This document shows positions 38,860 to 50,283 of a stretch of 64,000 nt of DNA, piece after piece (the stretch's first letter is position 1; each line of letters starts with the position of its first letter). The stretch is from Balanoglossus misakiensis (Eukaryota > Animalia > Hemichordata). The stretch is taken from the NCBI GenBank assembly GCA_040954595.2, contig CM082594.2, forward strand, positions 1,940,247 through 2,004,246, given 5' to 3'. The position numbers and the translations under genes are program-made. Under the pieces are notes generated by a model. The model was given only the letters and a program-made list of their open reading frames with translations, did no database searches and was not told where the DNA came from.

Positions 38860-38979
38860 AAGCCTACGGCACGTGGTATTCCCAGGCGGTCACCCATCCA
38901 AGTACTAACCACGCCCAACGCAGCTTAACTTCGGTGATCGGACGAGAACCGGTGTATTCGACGTGGTATGGCCGTAGGC
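38860..38979 (-). rRNA. 5S rRNA: 5S rRNA gene (last copy of the array)
   Basis: Consensus copy. Confidence 0.97.
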
Positions 38980-39273
38980 AAACACTACTTGAATTTCTAC
39001 GATTATTAAGCAAACGGAAGCTTCACTAACACATAGGCGTACACACAGAGCACGCGGCACGATAATTGTGTGCGTGGCCAGCTGATTGACCGACCCGATC
39101 TTATAATTTATATGGGAGAGAGCGGTTTTGTCTTGTTATATCCTACAAAAAGTGACCATATTAAAGTGGAGAAATAATGACCTGATAATTTGTGTGGCCG
39201 ATCGACCGTCCCTATCTAAGGCCTATATTGGTATGTTATGCAAGACACACTATTCGAAATAACGCCTGTCCGA

Positions 39274-39578
39274 GTTATCTCGTCAAGTTCCTCAAGGTTG
39301 AAATTCAGATCAAAATTCGATTCGAGCCTTTCAGTCATGGTGGCCGGCTGCATTTTGCGCTCGTCTTGATATTTCAAAATTTGCAGGAGCTGATGGCAGC
39401 GGACGACATTTCCACCATCCCACAGCCAATCAAATGCAGTCCACCATCCCACAGCCAATCATATGCAGAGTTTATTAGCTATTCTCCGTTCAGGGCCAAG
39501 TTGGGCTGAGTCTTCTTGTTGAGAATATAAACCCCGGCTCCAGCCAATCAGCAAGCTGGATTCACACCAAGCATATTA
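39274..39578 (-). mobile_element. 5' fragment of a second element (Crypton-like by recollection) interrupting the hAT transposase and truncated by the 5S array
   Basis: Sequence does not continue the hAT reading frame. It has three tgattggctg (CCAAT) motifs and gccaccATG opening MTERLESNFDLNFNLEELDEIT, cut at the array junction. Family assignment is inference. Confidence 0.4.
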
Positions 39579-40745
39579 TAATTGTCGATGAACAGCAGCA
39601 TTTAGAGACAACCATCGGACAGGAGTCGGCTTTTTCAATTTCACCTCCGTACTGTCGATAACATCTTGCATGGCTCGCAGTCGTTCATAACGCTGGGCAG
39701 ATGCGTCAAAATAATGGAAGACCTGATTGACTGTGTCTTGATATTGGTCAATTAGCTTCACCGATGCTGCAGCTTGCGAACTGACCAATGCAAGTCTGTG
39801 GGCAAGGCAGTGAATGTGGATGAGATACGGAACGTCTGCCTTCAATCTCACGCCAACGCCACTTCTCTGACCTGTCATGACAGCCGCTCCGTCACTACCG
39901 AGTCCGACCAACTTATTCAGTTGAATATTGTTGTCCCGGAAATATTGGCAAACGGCAAGGTAGATCGTTTCAGCTTTTCCATCAGTGACATTTATGTTCC
40001 CAGTGAAACACGTTTGAGCTCTTCTATTTAACACTAACTTCATATACAGATCCAATTTCTAGAAAACAGCGATGTCGATACTTTCGTCTAATTGTAGCCC
40101 AACAAATTTACTCTGTCCGATTTCAGTGCTGATTTCAGCTTTGATGACCTTGTCAATGGAATCTTGCATCTCAGAAACAATTTCGTGGTGACTGTAAAGA
40201 TTAGCGCCAACTACAGCAGGGCAGTCATTTAGTCGTTGTAAGTTCAATAAACTTGAAAATAAATGGGACGGAAGCTCTTCCTTCATAAGACAGTACGCCG
40301 TACGAAGTTGTGCTGTCACGGTATCGTCGCTAGATTTGCTTGCATTCTTTGCCGCCACTACAAAATTCTGTTTCAGCGTGAGCTCTTTCTGTGACTCAAT
40401 ATGATCTTTACTTTCATTATGGAAAACGAGAGCAGACCTTTGATAATTTGTACATCCTGATGTAAATCTGTTGTTTTTTTTCTTTGTGCGACTGCATACG
40501 TTACATATCATCTTTGGAGTAGCTGTTGACGGATCGTCAACTGTCAACCATTGGAACTGATTCTCCCATTCCCGCTGGTACCGCTTAGCACGCGAATTAC
40601 GCCGATTTAGACCCGTCTCACCTGCACCGCTTGAGCCGCTATCACTCTGAGACTGCTGGTTCTGCACAGGTTCGCGTGTTGGTGATCCTGTTTTGCGTCG
40701 TTTAGAAACGTTAAAGTCAAACAGAGAAAGCTGTCTTCCGGCCAT
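39576..40745 (-). pseudogene. ZNF862-like hAT transposase pseudogene
   Basis: Two same-frame ORFs split by a stop at 40059-40061. TTF-type Zn finger (WENQFQWL..CNVC..H..SKDH), LDESID, GSDGAAVMTG, HCLAHRLAL (CxxH) and RWLS; truncated after that. Confidence 0.88.
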
Positions 40746-41104
40746 GATTTATGACGAACGAACGATTTGCCGTTATTTTTATTGCATCCAAATTTTACTT
40801 TTTATTTCAAATTTAGTACCGTTAGGCCTCATTTGCATATCAATAGCGTTGCTAACGTCGTGCAAGCGTTCATGAGTACGCAGAGTGGACAAACTTTGTA
40901 ACATTTTAGGTAACTTGTTTTTGACACGCGCATGACCTGATGCGCTTGCAACATAGTTTGTTTTACCTCAGAATTTCAGACGCGCAGCGCAAGCGGAGTC
41001 ATAATACTGATATAGTTGCCTAGCTACTGCAGATCAATAGCCACTTTTAGCCCGCATGAGAAACGTTTGCGCGCAGTAAATAATCTGCGCTAACACGAAC
41101 CCTG
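39579..41104 (-). mobile_element. 3'-truncated hAT DNA transposon
   Basis: Minus-strand terminus CAGGGTTCGTGTTAGCGC at 41104 lies upstream of a hAT transposase. The other end is missing. Confidence 0.75.
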
Positions 41105-41321
41105 ACTGGTGTTGAAACTTCAACTCCCAACCCTGTAATAAAAAAGTTACAAATAAAAGTCAGCAACATCACCACTAAAATGTGAAATGTTAGAAAAACA
41201 AAGTGGACATGAACTGCACAGGATTTACTAGTATTAAACTACATGAGACAGAGCTAAACTATTGCATGATGCACATATTTATCACTGTTGTAAAACTTAC
41301 ATTTCAGGTGATTGCTGCTAA

Positions 41322-42503
41322 GGGACCGTCAGTTTTTACGGCCGGGGGGGGGGGCGGCAAAATCCAGGGGGGGGGGTCACTTAAATTTTGAAGTCCACAA
41401 GGGGGGGGGTCATCTGTTTTTTTTTTTAAACGTTTAGGGGGGGTCACATACTTTTGCCACCGAACTTTTGCTTTTGAGTCCACAAAATTGCAGTTTCGCG
41501 CCCTTTATTTTACAAAATTTTCTAATGTGGGAGGGGGACACCCCCTACCACACCCACCCCCTACATTCTCCGCCACATTTCATTTTTTGTACCAGGGCAG
41601 AGTGCTTGCCACCCCAATCCCTTACCCCACCGATGATAATATTTAACAAAGTGAATACATAAAGGAGAATAATTGTTTAAACCATTTTGCATAACTGATA
41701 GTTTCGCGCTGCATCTTCTATATACTAGAAGTTTTATAAATGATGTCATGACGAAGATGACGCCAAATCTTCTAACTTTGAGTGGAGTGGCAAAAAGTAA
41801 AATTGGTCCTCCCAAACATTGAGATAATTTGATTTTGAGTTCATTAAAACGTAACTTTGCGCTACATATTTTACAAAATTTTCTTACGTGGGAGGGGGAC
41901 ACCCCCTCCCACACCCACCCCCTCCATTCTTCGCCACATTGCAGTTCTTCACTGGCTTGTCTAGTTTACCAGGGAAGACTTCTTGCCACCCCACCCCCGA
42001 TGCTTACTTAGTGGAGTGGCAAAATTAAAATTTGTCCGACCTAACATTGAGTTAATTTGCTTTTGAGTTCATTTAAATTGCAACTTTGAGCACCGTATTT
42101 TACAAAATTTTCTTATGTGGGTGGGGGACACCCCCTCCCACGCCCACCCCCGCCACTTTTCTTGTTTTACCGATTCTAGCAACTATTGTATTGACTTGTC
42201 ATTTTAATTTGTTCATAGATTTCTTTAATGCAACGATATACTATTATATACTTCAATAATACTTTAAGAAATTTATAATTGGGGTGTCAGGAGCCTCATT
42301 CCCTTTATTGCATACAGTGTACATAGGATCAGGACGGCGAATGTTTTCGGCGTGGGGGGGGGGGGGTCATCATATTTTTGGTTCTGTCAAAGGGGGGGTC
42401 ATCATTTTTGGTCCTGGGTGAAGGGGGGGTCGGCCTGATTTTGAGAACCGATGACATAAACTTGCCGCCCCCCCCCCCCCTGCCGTAAAAACTGAATGGT
42501 CCC
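41322..42503. mobile_element. Non-autonomous PIF/Harbinger-like element (TAA TSD)
   Basis: TIRs GGGACCGTCAGTTTTTACGGC-G(n)-CGGCAA / TTGCCG-C(n)-TGCCGTAAAAACTGAATGGTCCC. TAA on both sides. Three internal GGGAGGGGGACACCCCCTCCC-type modules. Confidence 0.8.
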
Positions 42504-42974
42504 TAAATATCATGGTCACTATTAAATAAATGCCAATAACAACCGCCAGCGATCAACATCTTAGATACTAGTATTTTGGGTCACTTGACTTGAAAGAACA
42601 TTGTGGTACTCAAACAAGGTTGGTACTGGATGGTTAGGTGAAGGGCCCTGACCCCCTTCAAAATGTCGCGAACACAACCTTGAGAATTTGTTGGGCTTCC
42701 AACACGGTTCTCTCCTTACCATACGAATCCATTGTAATCGCTGCAGCCGAGACTTAGGCTACTTTCATTTGGAAACGGATGGAAAGTAACAGTTTGCATC
42801 CATGTATATTTTTGCAGTTTTTTCCAGCTTTGCAGTGGCAGAATTAAAACCAGGAGCGTTACAAAAGAAATTAGGCATCTTTTGGACGTGTCCGCTTCTA
42901 ATAGTTCCAAAATTTGAAAAATAAATACTTATAGGACGCCTCCTTCTCCAGACGATCGATTTCTTACATCTAAG

Positions 42975-43751
42975 CACGGGCGTCATGGAACAATGAAGTG
43001 TATGGGATAAATAATAAACTCAACGAACACACAATAATATTTCGTTTTTGTTTTGTTTTTGGTGTGAACGAGAACTGCACTTACGAACGGCCTACCGGCT
43101 TCTCTGTCACGTTTTCAACAGCAGAATATCCCACTTTCTAATGATCAAACGCATGATATGCGAACGAACGCACCAGCGCGGAACGCGGAAGTGCACAGTG
43201 CTTCATTGTTCCATGACGCCCTTGCCTCTCAAGAGGGCGCCGTCAATGCCCTTTGGCTTTTCAGAGACGCGGTGCAAGACGTCTCTCCAAATCCGTTTGA
43301 GCTCGCGCTCTGATTGGCTAGTACCATGCAAGATGTTGCTTCATGTGATTGGCTAATATGCCAGACAGAAGTTCCATCGCATGCATGGATCGCGTGCACG
43401 TTCGATCAGTAAGTAACGTCCTTGTCACGTGACGTGGCATATGTGTGGAACAGACGTTCGGAACAGCAAACGACACTTGTACGCATAAATTATGATTACG
43501 TATAAAATAATTCGGATTATCTCAATTGTTGGCGATCGATCTATAATAAAGAAATTGTGAAGTACGTAGGCAACCATGGTGATACTTCCGGTGGAACGCC
43601 ATTGACGAATCAGTTACCTTCCCCTAAATCGAACACCACTTCAGCGCTCTGATTGGTTGAGCGAAACGGATTTGGAGAGACCTCTTGACCGCGTCTCTGA
43701 AAAGCCAAAGGTCATTGAGGGCGCCCTCTTGAGAGGCAAATGACGCCCGTG
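42975..43751. mobile_element. MITE with 7-bp TSD (P-element-like)
   Basis: TIR CACGGGCGTCATGGAACAATGAAG at both ends. ATCTAAG duplicated. The right TIR is split by another insertion. Confidence 0.75.
43222..43739. mobile_element. MITE with ~75-bp TIR and 9-bp TSD (MULE- or AcademH-like)
   Basis: TIR TTGCCTCTCAAGAGGGCGCC... TSD ATGACGCCC at 43213-43221 and 43740-43748. Confidence 0.82.
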
Positions 43752-45039
43752 ATCTAAGCGGCAGCCATTTTGAATTTTAGCCCTACCGGGTGTAAATATA
43801 CAGCGCCCTCAAACGGTGTTTAAACCCAATAATCTTTCGTTTTCATGCATCTCGAATATCGCGTATTGCGGTCCGTGTAGCGATCGCGGTTAACCGCGTA
43901 AACAACGTACGGGTACACGGGAGAATCGCACGCTCCCCAGAGTTTGGCAACTCTGCCCAGTGTAGCCAGAAAGTCACCAGCGCCGTGCGGAATAAAGCTG
44001 TACACTTACCGCTAGCCCAGAAAAGACAAATAGGAAAACAGAACCGAAATACTATTTGATATAGAATTTATATGTACGTTTAATTTCTAATATTTCGTTA
44101 TTTAACCAGAGAGACATAATTACTTGGTGGAGTATGTTCATTCGATGGACCGGAAGACTGATATATCTTCAACCGAGTACGGACAGGTGTTATTTGAGAG
44201 ACTCAACGGACAACTACGATTTGATTTCAGAGGTGAGATCGATAGGATATCCCTTGTATAGAGATTACGGGAGATGCGAAGAGGTAAAAACGTGAGCTAG
44301 GCGTCAAAAGAGGATCACAGCTTCGGAATTTCCAGCCAATACACGAATCACGAATCTCAGACGCGCGATGCTTTGTGGGGTGGGGCAAAGGTCAAGTGGG
44401 CATTAACGGGCGCTCTCTTGCGTAACCAGGGTAAACAATAGACACCGACTACAACAATAACACGGAAGTTATCGTCCGAAACAGGTGCGTATTGATTATT
44501 TCTTCAGACTCCCTCCCTAAATTTTACACACGGTTACATTTACTAGTGTCCTCTACAGCTATTTTGCAGAATTATTCTCTTCAAAACTGAAAAATTACTG
44601 ACTATTATTACGGGCTTCTTCGACGTCCGACGCGTCGCCGGGCGCCGGCCCGGGTAAAGTTATCCTAGTTCAAGTTACGTTCACTTCTACTGGGTCTGAA
44701 TCATCTCAAAATAATTACTTTCAGATGTTAGCCGTTTCATAAATAGAGAAAAAAACTGTGATGTGGCACCTTGGCGATATTCTCGAATATTTCTCTGATC
44801 GGTAACAAGTTACGGGCATCGGCAGCTCGTTTTGGCGGTAAAACAAAGACCGCTGCCGGGGATGCAGCTGAAGGTCTCGGTCGTCTTCTGGGTCGATGTT
44901 CTCAGGCCTGAAAGTCACTAAAAGTCATTCTGACCCACTCCGAGTTGCATGTTGTGAGACCCACTTGTTATTTTGACTATAGGGGGGCTAGTAATGTTCC
45001 AATAGACAATCAGAAAATTATTATAAATTGTATTTTATC

Positions 45040-46177
45040 TAGGTCTAAGAATACCAGGACATCGCAATTGCTGCGTAGTCAGCTGTGGAAACAGTGGCGC
45101 CAGGTTGGAAAAATGGATGACAGAGGTCTGTTCAAATCACAATTGCTTATTTGGACAGGGTCGGTGCAATTGTCCTCCGCCATTTGCCCTTTTCCCGTTT
45201 CCAACGGCACTCAAAGATGCATCAGGGAGACTCAGATGGCAACGATTGATCAATCGAAAAGACGCTACCGGCAAAAATTGGAAACCAAACAGGTATTCCA
45301 GGGTTTGTTCTCATAGACGGTAGACCAACGAGTGAACACCCTGATCCTATTCTGCACCTCGGCTATGTTGATTCTAAACGGCACGTCATCAAGTCCAGAC
45401 GGAGTCCAGTGAGCAGGGTCGTTGACATAGTCGAGTGAAATAGTGGAAGTGGCGAATGCGCATCTTTGCCAACAACCAGCGATGCACCACAGGACTCTGC
45501 CAATATGCCGTCATTTACACCACCATCACCCATAATAACTCATAAGCCTACAAACGATCATGATTATTGCTCTCCACCTTGTGAACCCAGCACATGTACA
45601 AATGAAATATGTGCCGAGAAATTGAAAGCCAAAGACAGGGAGATTCACCTGCTGAGACAATATACAGGTATATTGAAACGAGAGGTCGATAATCTGAAGA
45701 AAAAAAAATCAACGACAAAATCAAACAGCCCTTCAGTCATGTAAATCTTTCTGATCATAGGAAAACGAGACTTTTTACAGGATTGCCAAACAAAAAAACT
45801 TTTGACAGTTTATTTGATAATGTCATTTGAAGTAAGGCATCGAAACTGAAATACTGGAGGGGTCCGAGCAAACTGTCAACTAAGGTGCGTAGGTTTACCC
45901 GGACGCCAACAAAATCTGGACCAAGTCGCCGACTCAGACAAAAGGATGAATTCCTTCTAACACTGATGAAGTTGCGTCTCGGGAGCACAAATGCAGACCT
46001 GGCTGACCGTTTTGGTGTAAGTTCAAGCACTGTTAGTAACATCATCAATACGTGGTTGCGATTTTTAGCTCGTGAATGGAAATGTCTCATTTACAATCCC
46101 CCGAGAGAAGTGGCAAGTCAACACTCTCCAACGAAATTCAGAAAATCAAAATATAAGAATGTTAGACACATTATTAT
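45040..46177 (+). pseudogene. THAP + HTH transposase relic (ISL2EU/Harbinger-related)
   Basis: THAP motifs CCVVSC..LFPFP..RWQRLINR..W.P...SRVCSH. Then FTGLP, YWRG, EFLLTLMKLRLG..ADLADRFGVSSSTVSNIINTW. Several frameshifts; breaks off at VRHII just before the expected catalytic Asp. Confidence 0.82.
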
Positions 46178-46744
46178 ACAGTGTTTTTGCTAAGGTCGGG
46201 GAACATAGGTAAATGGCCGGGGAACCCAGGTAACATGTTGACCATGTACACCGCCCCCCGCCCCCCCCCCCCCCCCCACTGCCGGCTTAAAAGCAAAGAC
46301 TGAATTACTACATCCATTATAACATACATGTGTATTTTCCACATCATAATGCATATTAAGTTAACACACTCGAATATTGAAATGACAACCAACATAAATA
46401 CCATGGTCCGGTAGCCCTATCTTTTGATTCATGAAAATGGATTAAAGTTAATTTTCTTTCATCAAATTCAATGATCAACTGTTCAAGTCAACAGTACATA
46501 GCCAGTGTTCTTATTTTATTTGTTTACTGTCCATTCTTATCTCCAACACTGTCCTCGGAAATGTCCTGTTCATCATTGTAGCACACAAGTTTTATGAGTT
46601 CGCGATGTCGAGCAGCGAGACTATCCACAAATTCTGATAAACTTTGCATAGTGTATACGGGCGCGTCTGTCTTGGCTAGCAACAGACTCGTACGATCGTC
46701 TGCCGCGCGCTGGGCCGTGCGCGTGCATTGTAGATTGCGCCATC

Positions 46745-46915
46745 ACTTCCGCGTTCCGCGCGGCTAGTGCGTTCGCTAGCTCGCATATTTTGCAAGTCCA
46801 GCTGTAGCCGTTCGTGAGTGTAGTTCACACCAAAAAAACACAAAATATTTTATTGTGTGTTCGTTTAGGCCTATGCTAAGTTATCCATGCACTTTATTGT
46901 TCCATGACGCCCGTG
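46745..46915 (-). mobile_element. Terminal fragment related to the 42975 MITE, opposite orientation
   Basis: Ends in ttattgttccatgacgcccgtg; also contains cacttccgcgttccgcgc, matching the 43175-43195 region. Confidence 0.6.
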
Positions 46916-47470
46916 GTCGGAGTTGCAACTGCATCGCTGATGCCAGCCTCCAAAGGACCACATCCTACGGCGCCACGTTCGCTTTCACACAAAGACGACG
47001 ATGTTGTAGGGTTTTCGTGAGAATATGAACCATCGGTGACTACGTACATTAACATCATTTGGGGAGCTCGCTGGGGAATCGCATGTAGGCGGTGCACGTT
47101 GAACATCGCTCGCTGCAGTGCTGCTGCGTTGATAGCGGTGTTGGCTCAGCACCATCGGCGGAATTATTGACTTTTCTGAAGAAATGCTGAATCGAATTTT
47201 GTCCTAACCTGTTTTTTTGTTGTAGTTTTTTTTAAATAGTAGTGAGGCATGACGAGATGCTGACTCGGTTTCCTCCTAACCACACTCAAATGTTTTCCCG
47301 AGATTTTCTCAAGCATAGCCAGACATAATAATGAGAAGTGACAGCCAGAAACCGTGGCAACAACATTGCAACATTTCACATGCATCATTGTTGTAAGAAA
47401 AGTTAGAGGACGCGTGCGAGGGACAGTGTTGGGATATAACTCGACAACGCGTGATACGTGAATATGTAAT

Positions 47471-47625
47471 TTATTTAAGCAATAACCCCCGCCGCAGGCG
47501 GGTATACACGAGATCTGAGTACAATTCGAGACATATAGCACGAGCCGTCAGGCGAGTGCTAAATGGAGCGAATTGTACCAAAATCGAGTGTATACCCGAC
47601 TGAGGCGGGGGTTAATGCTATTATA
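47471..47625. repeat. Long-hairpin dispersed repeat (Crypton-derived-like); second copy at 52823-52946
   Basis: ttatttaagcaataa followed by a ~130-nt imperfect palindrome centred on gcacgagccgtcaggcgagtgc. Confidence 0.55.
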
Positions 47626-47967
47626 TTATACCAACAACTGTTTTTGTGGCATATCAGTGTCATTTTCTTAACGGCGTCAGAAAGAGAAATTACGATCGTG
47701 AACCAACATGGCGACGATGAATGTAAACACGAGCGGCCGGGATCGAGCATTAAACATGAAGCAGACGACCAAAAGTGACAAGACGGGCATCGCTCGTGGC
47801 AAAGCGACAAATATATCCACAGAGCAGTTCCAAAATAAAACGTCCGTTAATTCAACATTATTTTTGTTTTATTTATTTAGTTTAAACACGCGCGACTGTG
47901 GTTTAACCGCACATTTTGCTGCCGTATGCTAGTTCAGGGGCCCGTTTTACCACTGCTAGCCATAGAC

Positions 47968-48291
47968 TAGTCTCGGGAGCTTAATATTACAAAATGGCGA
48001 CGTCCTGCGTGCGAACCTCACGGCCGACATGTATGACATGACATACGATAAAGAAAACATGCTGAGAAGTGCTAGACCTGCTAAAACTGTCTACAAATTG
48101 AAAAGAGAGAGAGAAGTTTGGTAAATAGTTTTCTAATATCGTCATATCATAATATCGTATCGAATATTAAGCTCCCGTCATGCATCGCATCCGTCCCGAG
48201 TCGGCCCGGCGATTTGTCTACCGGGTTTCCACAGACTCTCTTTCTGGAGTGCCCAACGGAAGAAGCAAGCGGGTCTGGGTAACCGAGACTA
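47968..48291. mobile_element. TAGTCTCGG-terminus MITE, copy 1 (one TIR internally deleted), 9-bp TSD
   Basis: Ends TAGTCTCGG / CCGAGACTA. GCCATAGAC duplicated. Inverted homolog of 50284-51222. Confidence 0.82.
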
Positions 48292-48452
48292 GCCATAGAC
48301 CTATTCGCGGATAGGGTATCTGCAATGCATGATGGTATAATTTGCGTTCAACGTAGCGTCTAGTACATGGCTAACGCACGCGCTCAGAACGCAAACTGTC
48401 CCACAACACCCTGTGTTATGCTATCCGCGAAGTATGGTCTATGGTAAAACAA

Positions 48453-48921
48453 GGGTGCGTTCGACGTACGAAGCGTTCGGTAACGTTCGGAAACGTTTTC
48501 ATGTCGAATGATCTTTTGTCATTGTTTTTCGCGAACGTTTTGTAACAATGGAAGGCGTAAGACGGAGGTGACTCGCAGCGAACAACTCATTTATTCAAAA
48601 TGGCGGACATGTAAGCCGAAGTACGACTCGCAGGGCATATTTTCGAAGAAGTTGCAGAATATTTGTCGATTTAGGTACATGTAGTGATAGTTTTACCAAG
48701 CGAAAGCTTGTATTTATTCTCAATCAATAAACCAATTCACATGGATTGTGCCGCTACTGTCTTGTGTAAAATGGTTTAAAAGCGGTATGCACTTCCGGAA
48801 TCATGTCCTTGTATGCGCACCAGGACGTTCTTGCTGACGGCCGCCTCTGTAAAGCCAAAGGTCATTGACGGCGCCCTCTTGAGAGGCAAGCTTATCGTTC
48901 GACGAAGTACAAAAGCGCCCG
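48453..48921 (-). mobile_element. GGGTGCGTTCGACG-TIR Harbinger-like MITE, copy 1 (truncated)
   Basis: Reverse-complement match to 50644-51152; lacks its last ~40 bp. Confidence 0.8.
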
Positions 48922-50250
48922 GGGTGCGTTCGACGCACAAAGCGTTTTGTGAATGCTTGCGCCGGGCGCTTTTGTACTTCGTCGAACGATAAGCTTGCCT
49001 CTCACAAGAGGGCGCTGTCAATGACCTTTGGCTTTTCAGAGACAGCGGCCGTCAGCAAGAACGTCCCGGTGCGCATACAAGGACATGATTCCGGAAGTGC
49101 ACACCCCTTTTAAATCGTTTTACACAAGACAGTAGCGGCACAATCCATGTAAATTGGTTTATTGATTGAGAAAAAATAAAAGCTTTCGCTTGGTAAAACT
49201 ATCACTACCTAAATCGACAAATATTCTGCTACTTCTTTGAAAATATGCCCTGCGAGTCGTACTTCGGCTTACATGTCCGCCATTTTGAATTAATGAGACG
49301 TTCGCCGCGAGTCACCTCCGTCTTAGGCTGCATTCACAAACACCTCTGGAGGGGGGGGGGGGCGGGAGAATTCAATTTTTTTTACCGCTAATTTTCACAT
49401 GCCCCCCTTCCGAACTGCCAATATTTTCAAATCCCCCCTTCCGAACTGCCAAAATTTTGAAATCCCCCCCCATTTTCTTTCACAGAGCAAAACCATCACC
49501 TATCTATCTTGTAAAAAGAAAAACAGCGCTCCCATGAAAAGAATTTGAAACTGATGTTTCCCCTCATCAGTGGGTATTAAAACTGAACATTGTTTTTATT
49601 GTTTTTATTTTTTAAGTACATATATTTGTATTCTGTGTTGGGAGACATTGTACACCGAGAATTGAAGGGGGTGGGTTTGGGAGGGGGACACGTGTCCCCC
49701 TCCCACGTAAGAAAATTTTCTAAAATACAGAGCTCAAAGCTGCATTTTAATGAACCCGGCAAAAGCAAATTAACTCAACTACCGGTATGTTGGGGAGGAC
49801 AAATTTAACCGTCGCCGCTCAAAGTTATCATGGGGTGGGGCAAGTCCCCTGACCTGGGACACTCGATTAACCAGTCAATGATTGAAAGGTGTTGATGAAT
49901 GGAGGGGGTGGGTGTGGGAGGGGGTGTCCCCCTCCCACATTAGAAAATTTTGTAAATTAAAGGGTGCGAAACTGCATTTTTGTGGACTCAAAATAAATAT
50001 TTAGTCGTTAAAGTTTTCAAGTCCCCCCCTTTCAGTCCCTAAATTATTTCAAATCCCCCCCCTTACATACCCTCAATTTTTTCAAATCCCCCCCTCAATT
50101 CTCCTGCCCCCCCCCCCTCCAGAGGTGTTTGTGAATGCAGCCTTACGCCTTCCATTGTTACAAAACGTTCGCGAAAAACAAAGACAAAAGATCGTTCGAC
50201 ATGAAAACGTTTCCGAACGTTCCCGAACGCTTCGTACGTCGAACGCACCC
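48922..50250 (+). mobile_element. GGGTGCGTTCGACG-TIR MITE, copy 2, carrying a nested insertion
   Basis: Both TIRs are present. Matches copy 3 once 49326-50142 plus one TTA is removed. Confidence 0.82.
49326..50142. mobile_element. Non-autonomous PIF/Harbinger-like element (TTA TSD)
   Basis: TIR GGCTGCATTCACAAACACCTCTGGAG(n). TTA duplicated. The empty site cgtcTTAcgcc is visible at 51041-51051. Confidence 0.88.
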
Positions 50251-50283
50251 CGGTGTTCTGCCATCTATACTCTGCTGCCATCT

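Larger units (their letters stand above)
1..39273 (-). repeat. Tandem 5S rDNA array, ~1064-bp unit (120-nt 5S gene + ~944-bp spacer), interrupted once by a LINE
   Basis: Near-identical unit recurs at a 1064-bp period (e.g. 5S starts at 8045, 9109, 10173, 11237). The array begins before the window and ends at ...aacgcctgtccga (39273). Confidence 0.98.

Noticed and set aside
290-38918. Recurrent 72-aa (MSSLREF...) and 60-aa (MGVVST...) ORFs
   Set aside because: They start at non-ATG codons, overlap the 5S gene or spacer, are broken in many units and have no recognisable domain. They recur only because the unit is repeated.
41105-41114. actggtgttg after the hAT end resembling spacer actggttgtt, as if the hAT were inserted in the last 5S unit
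   Set aside because: Only a 6-bp match, and the spacer sequence does not resume afterwards.
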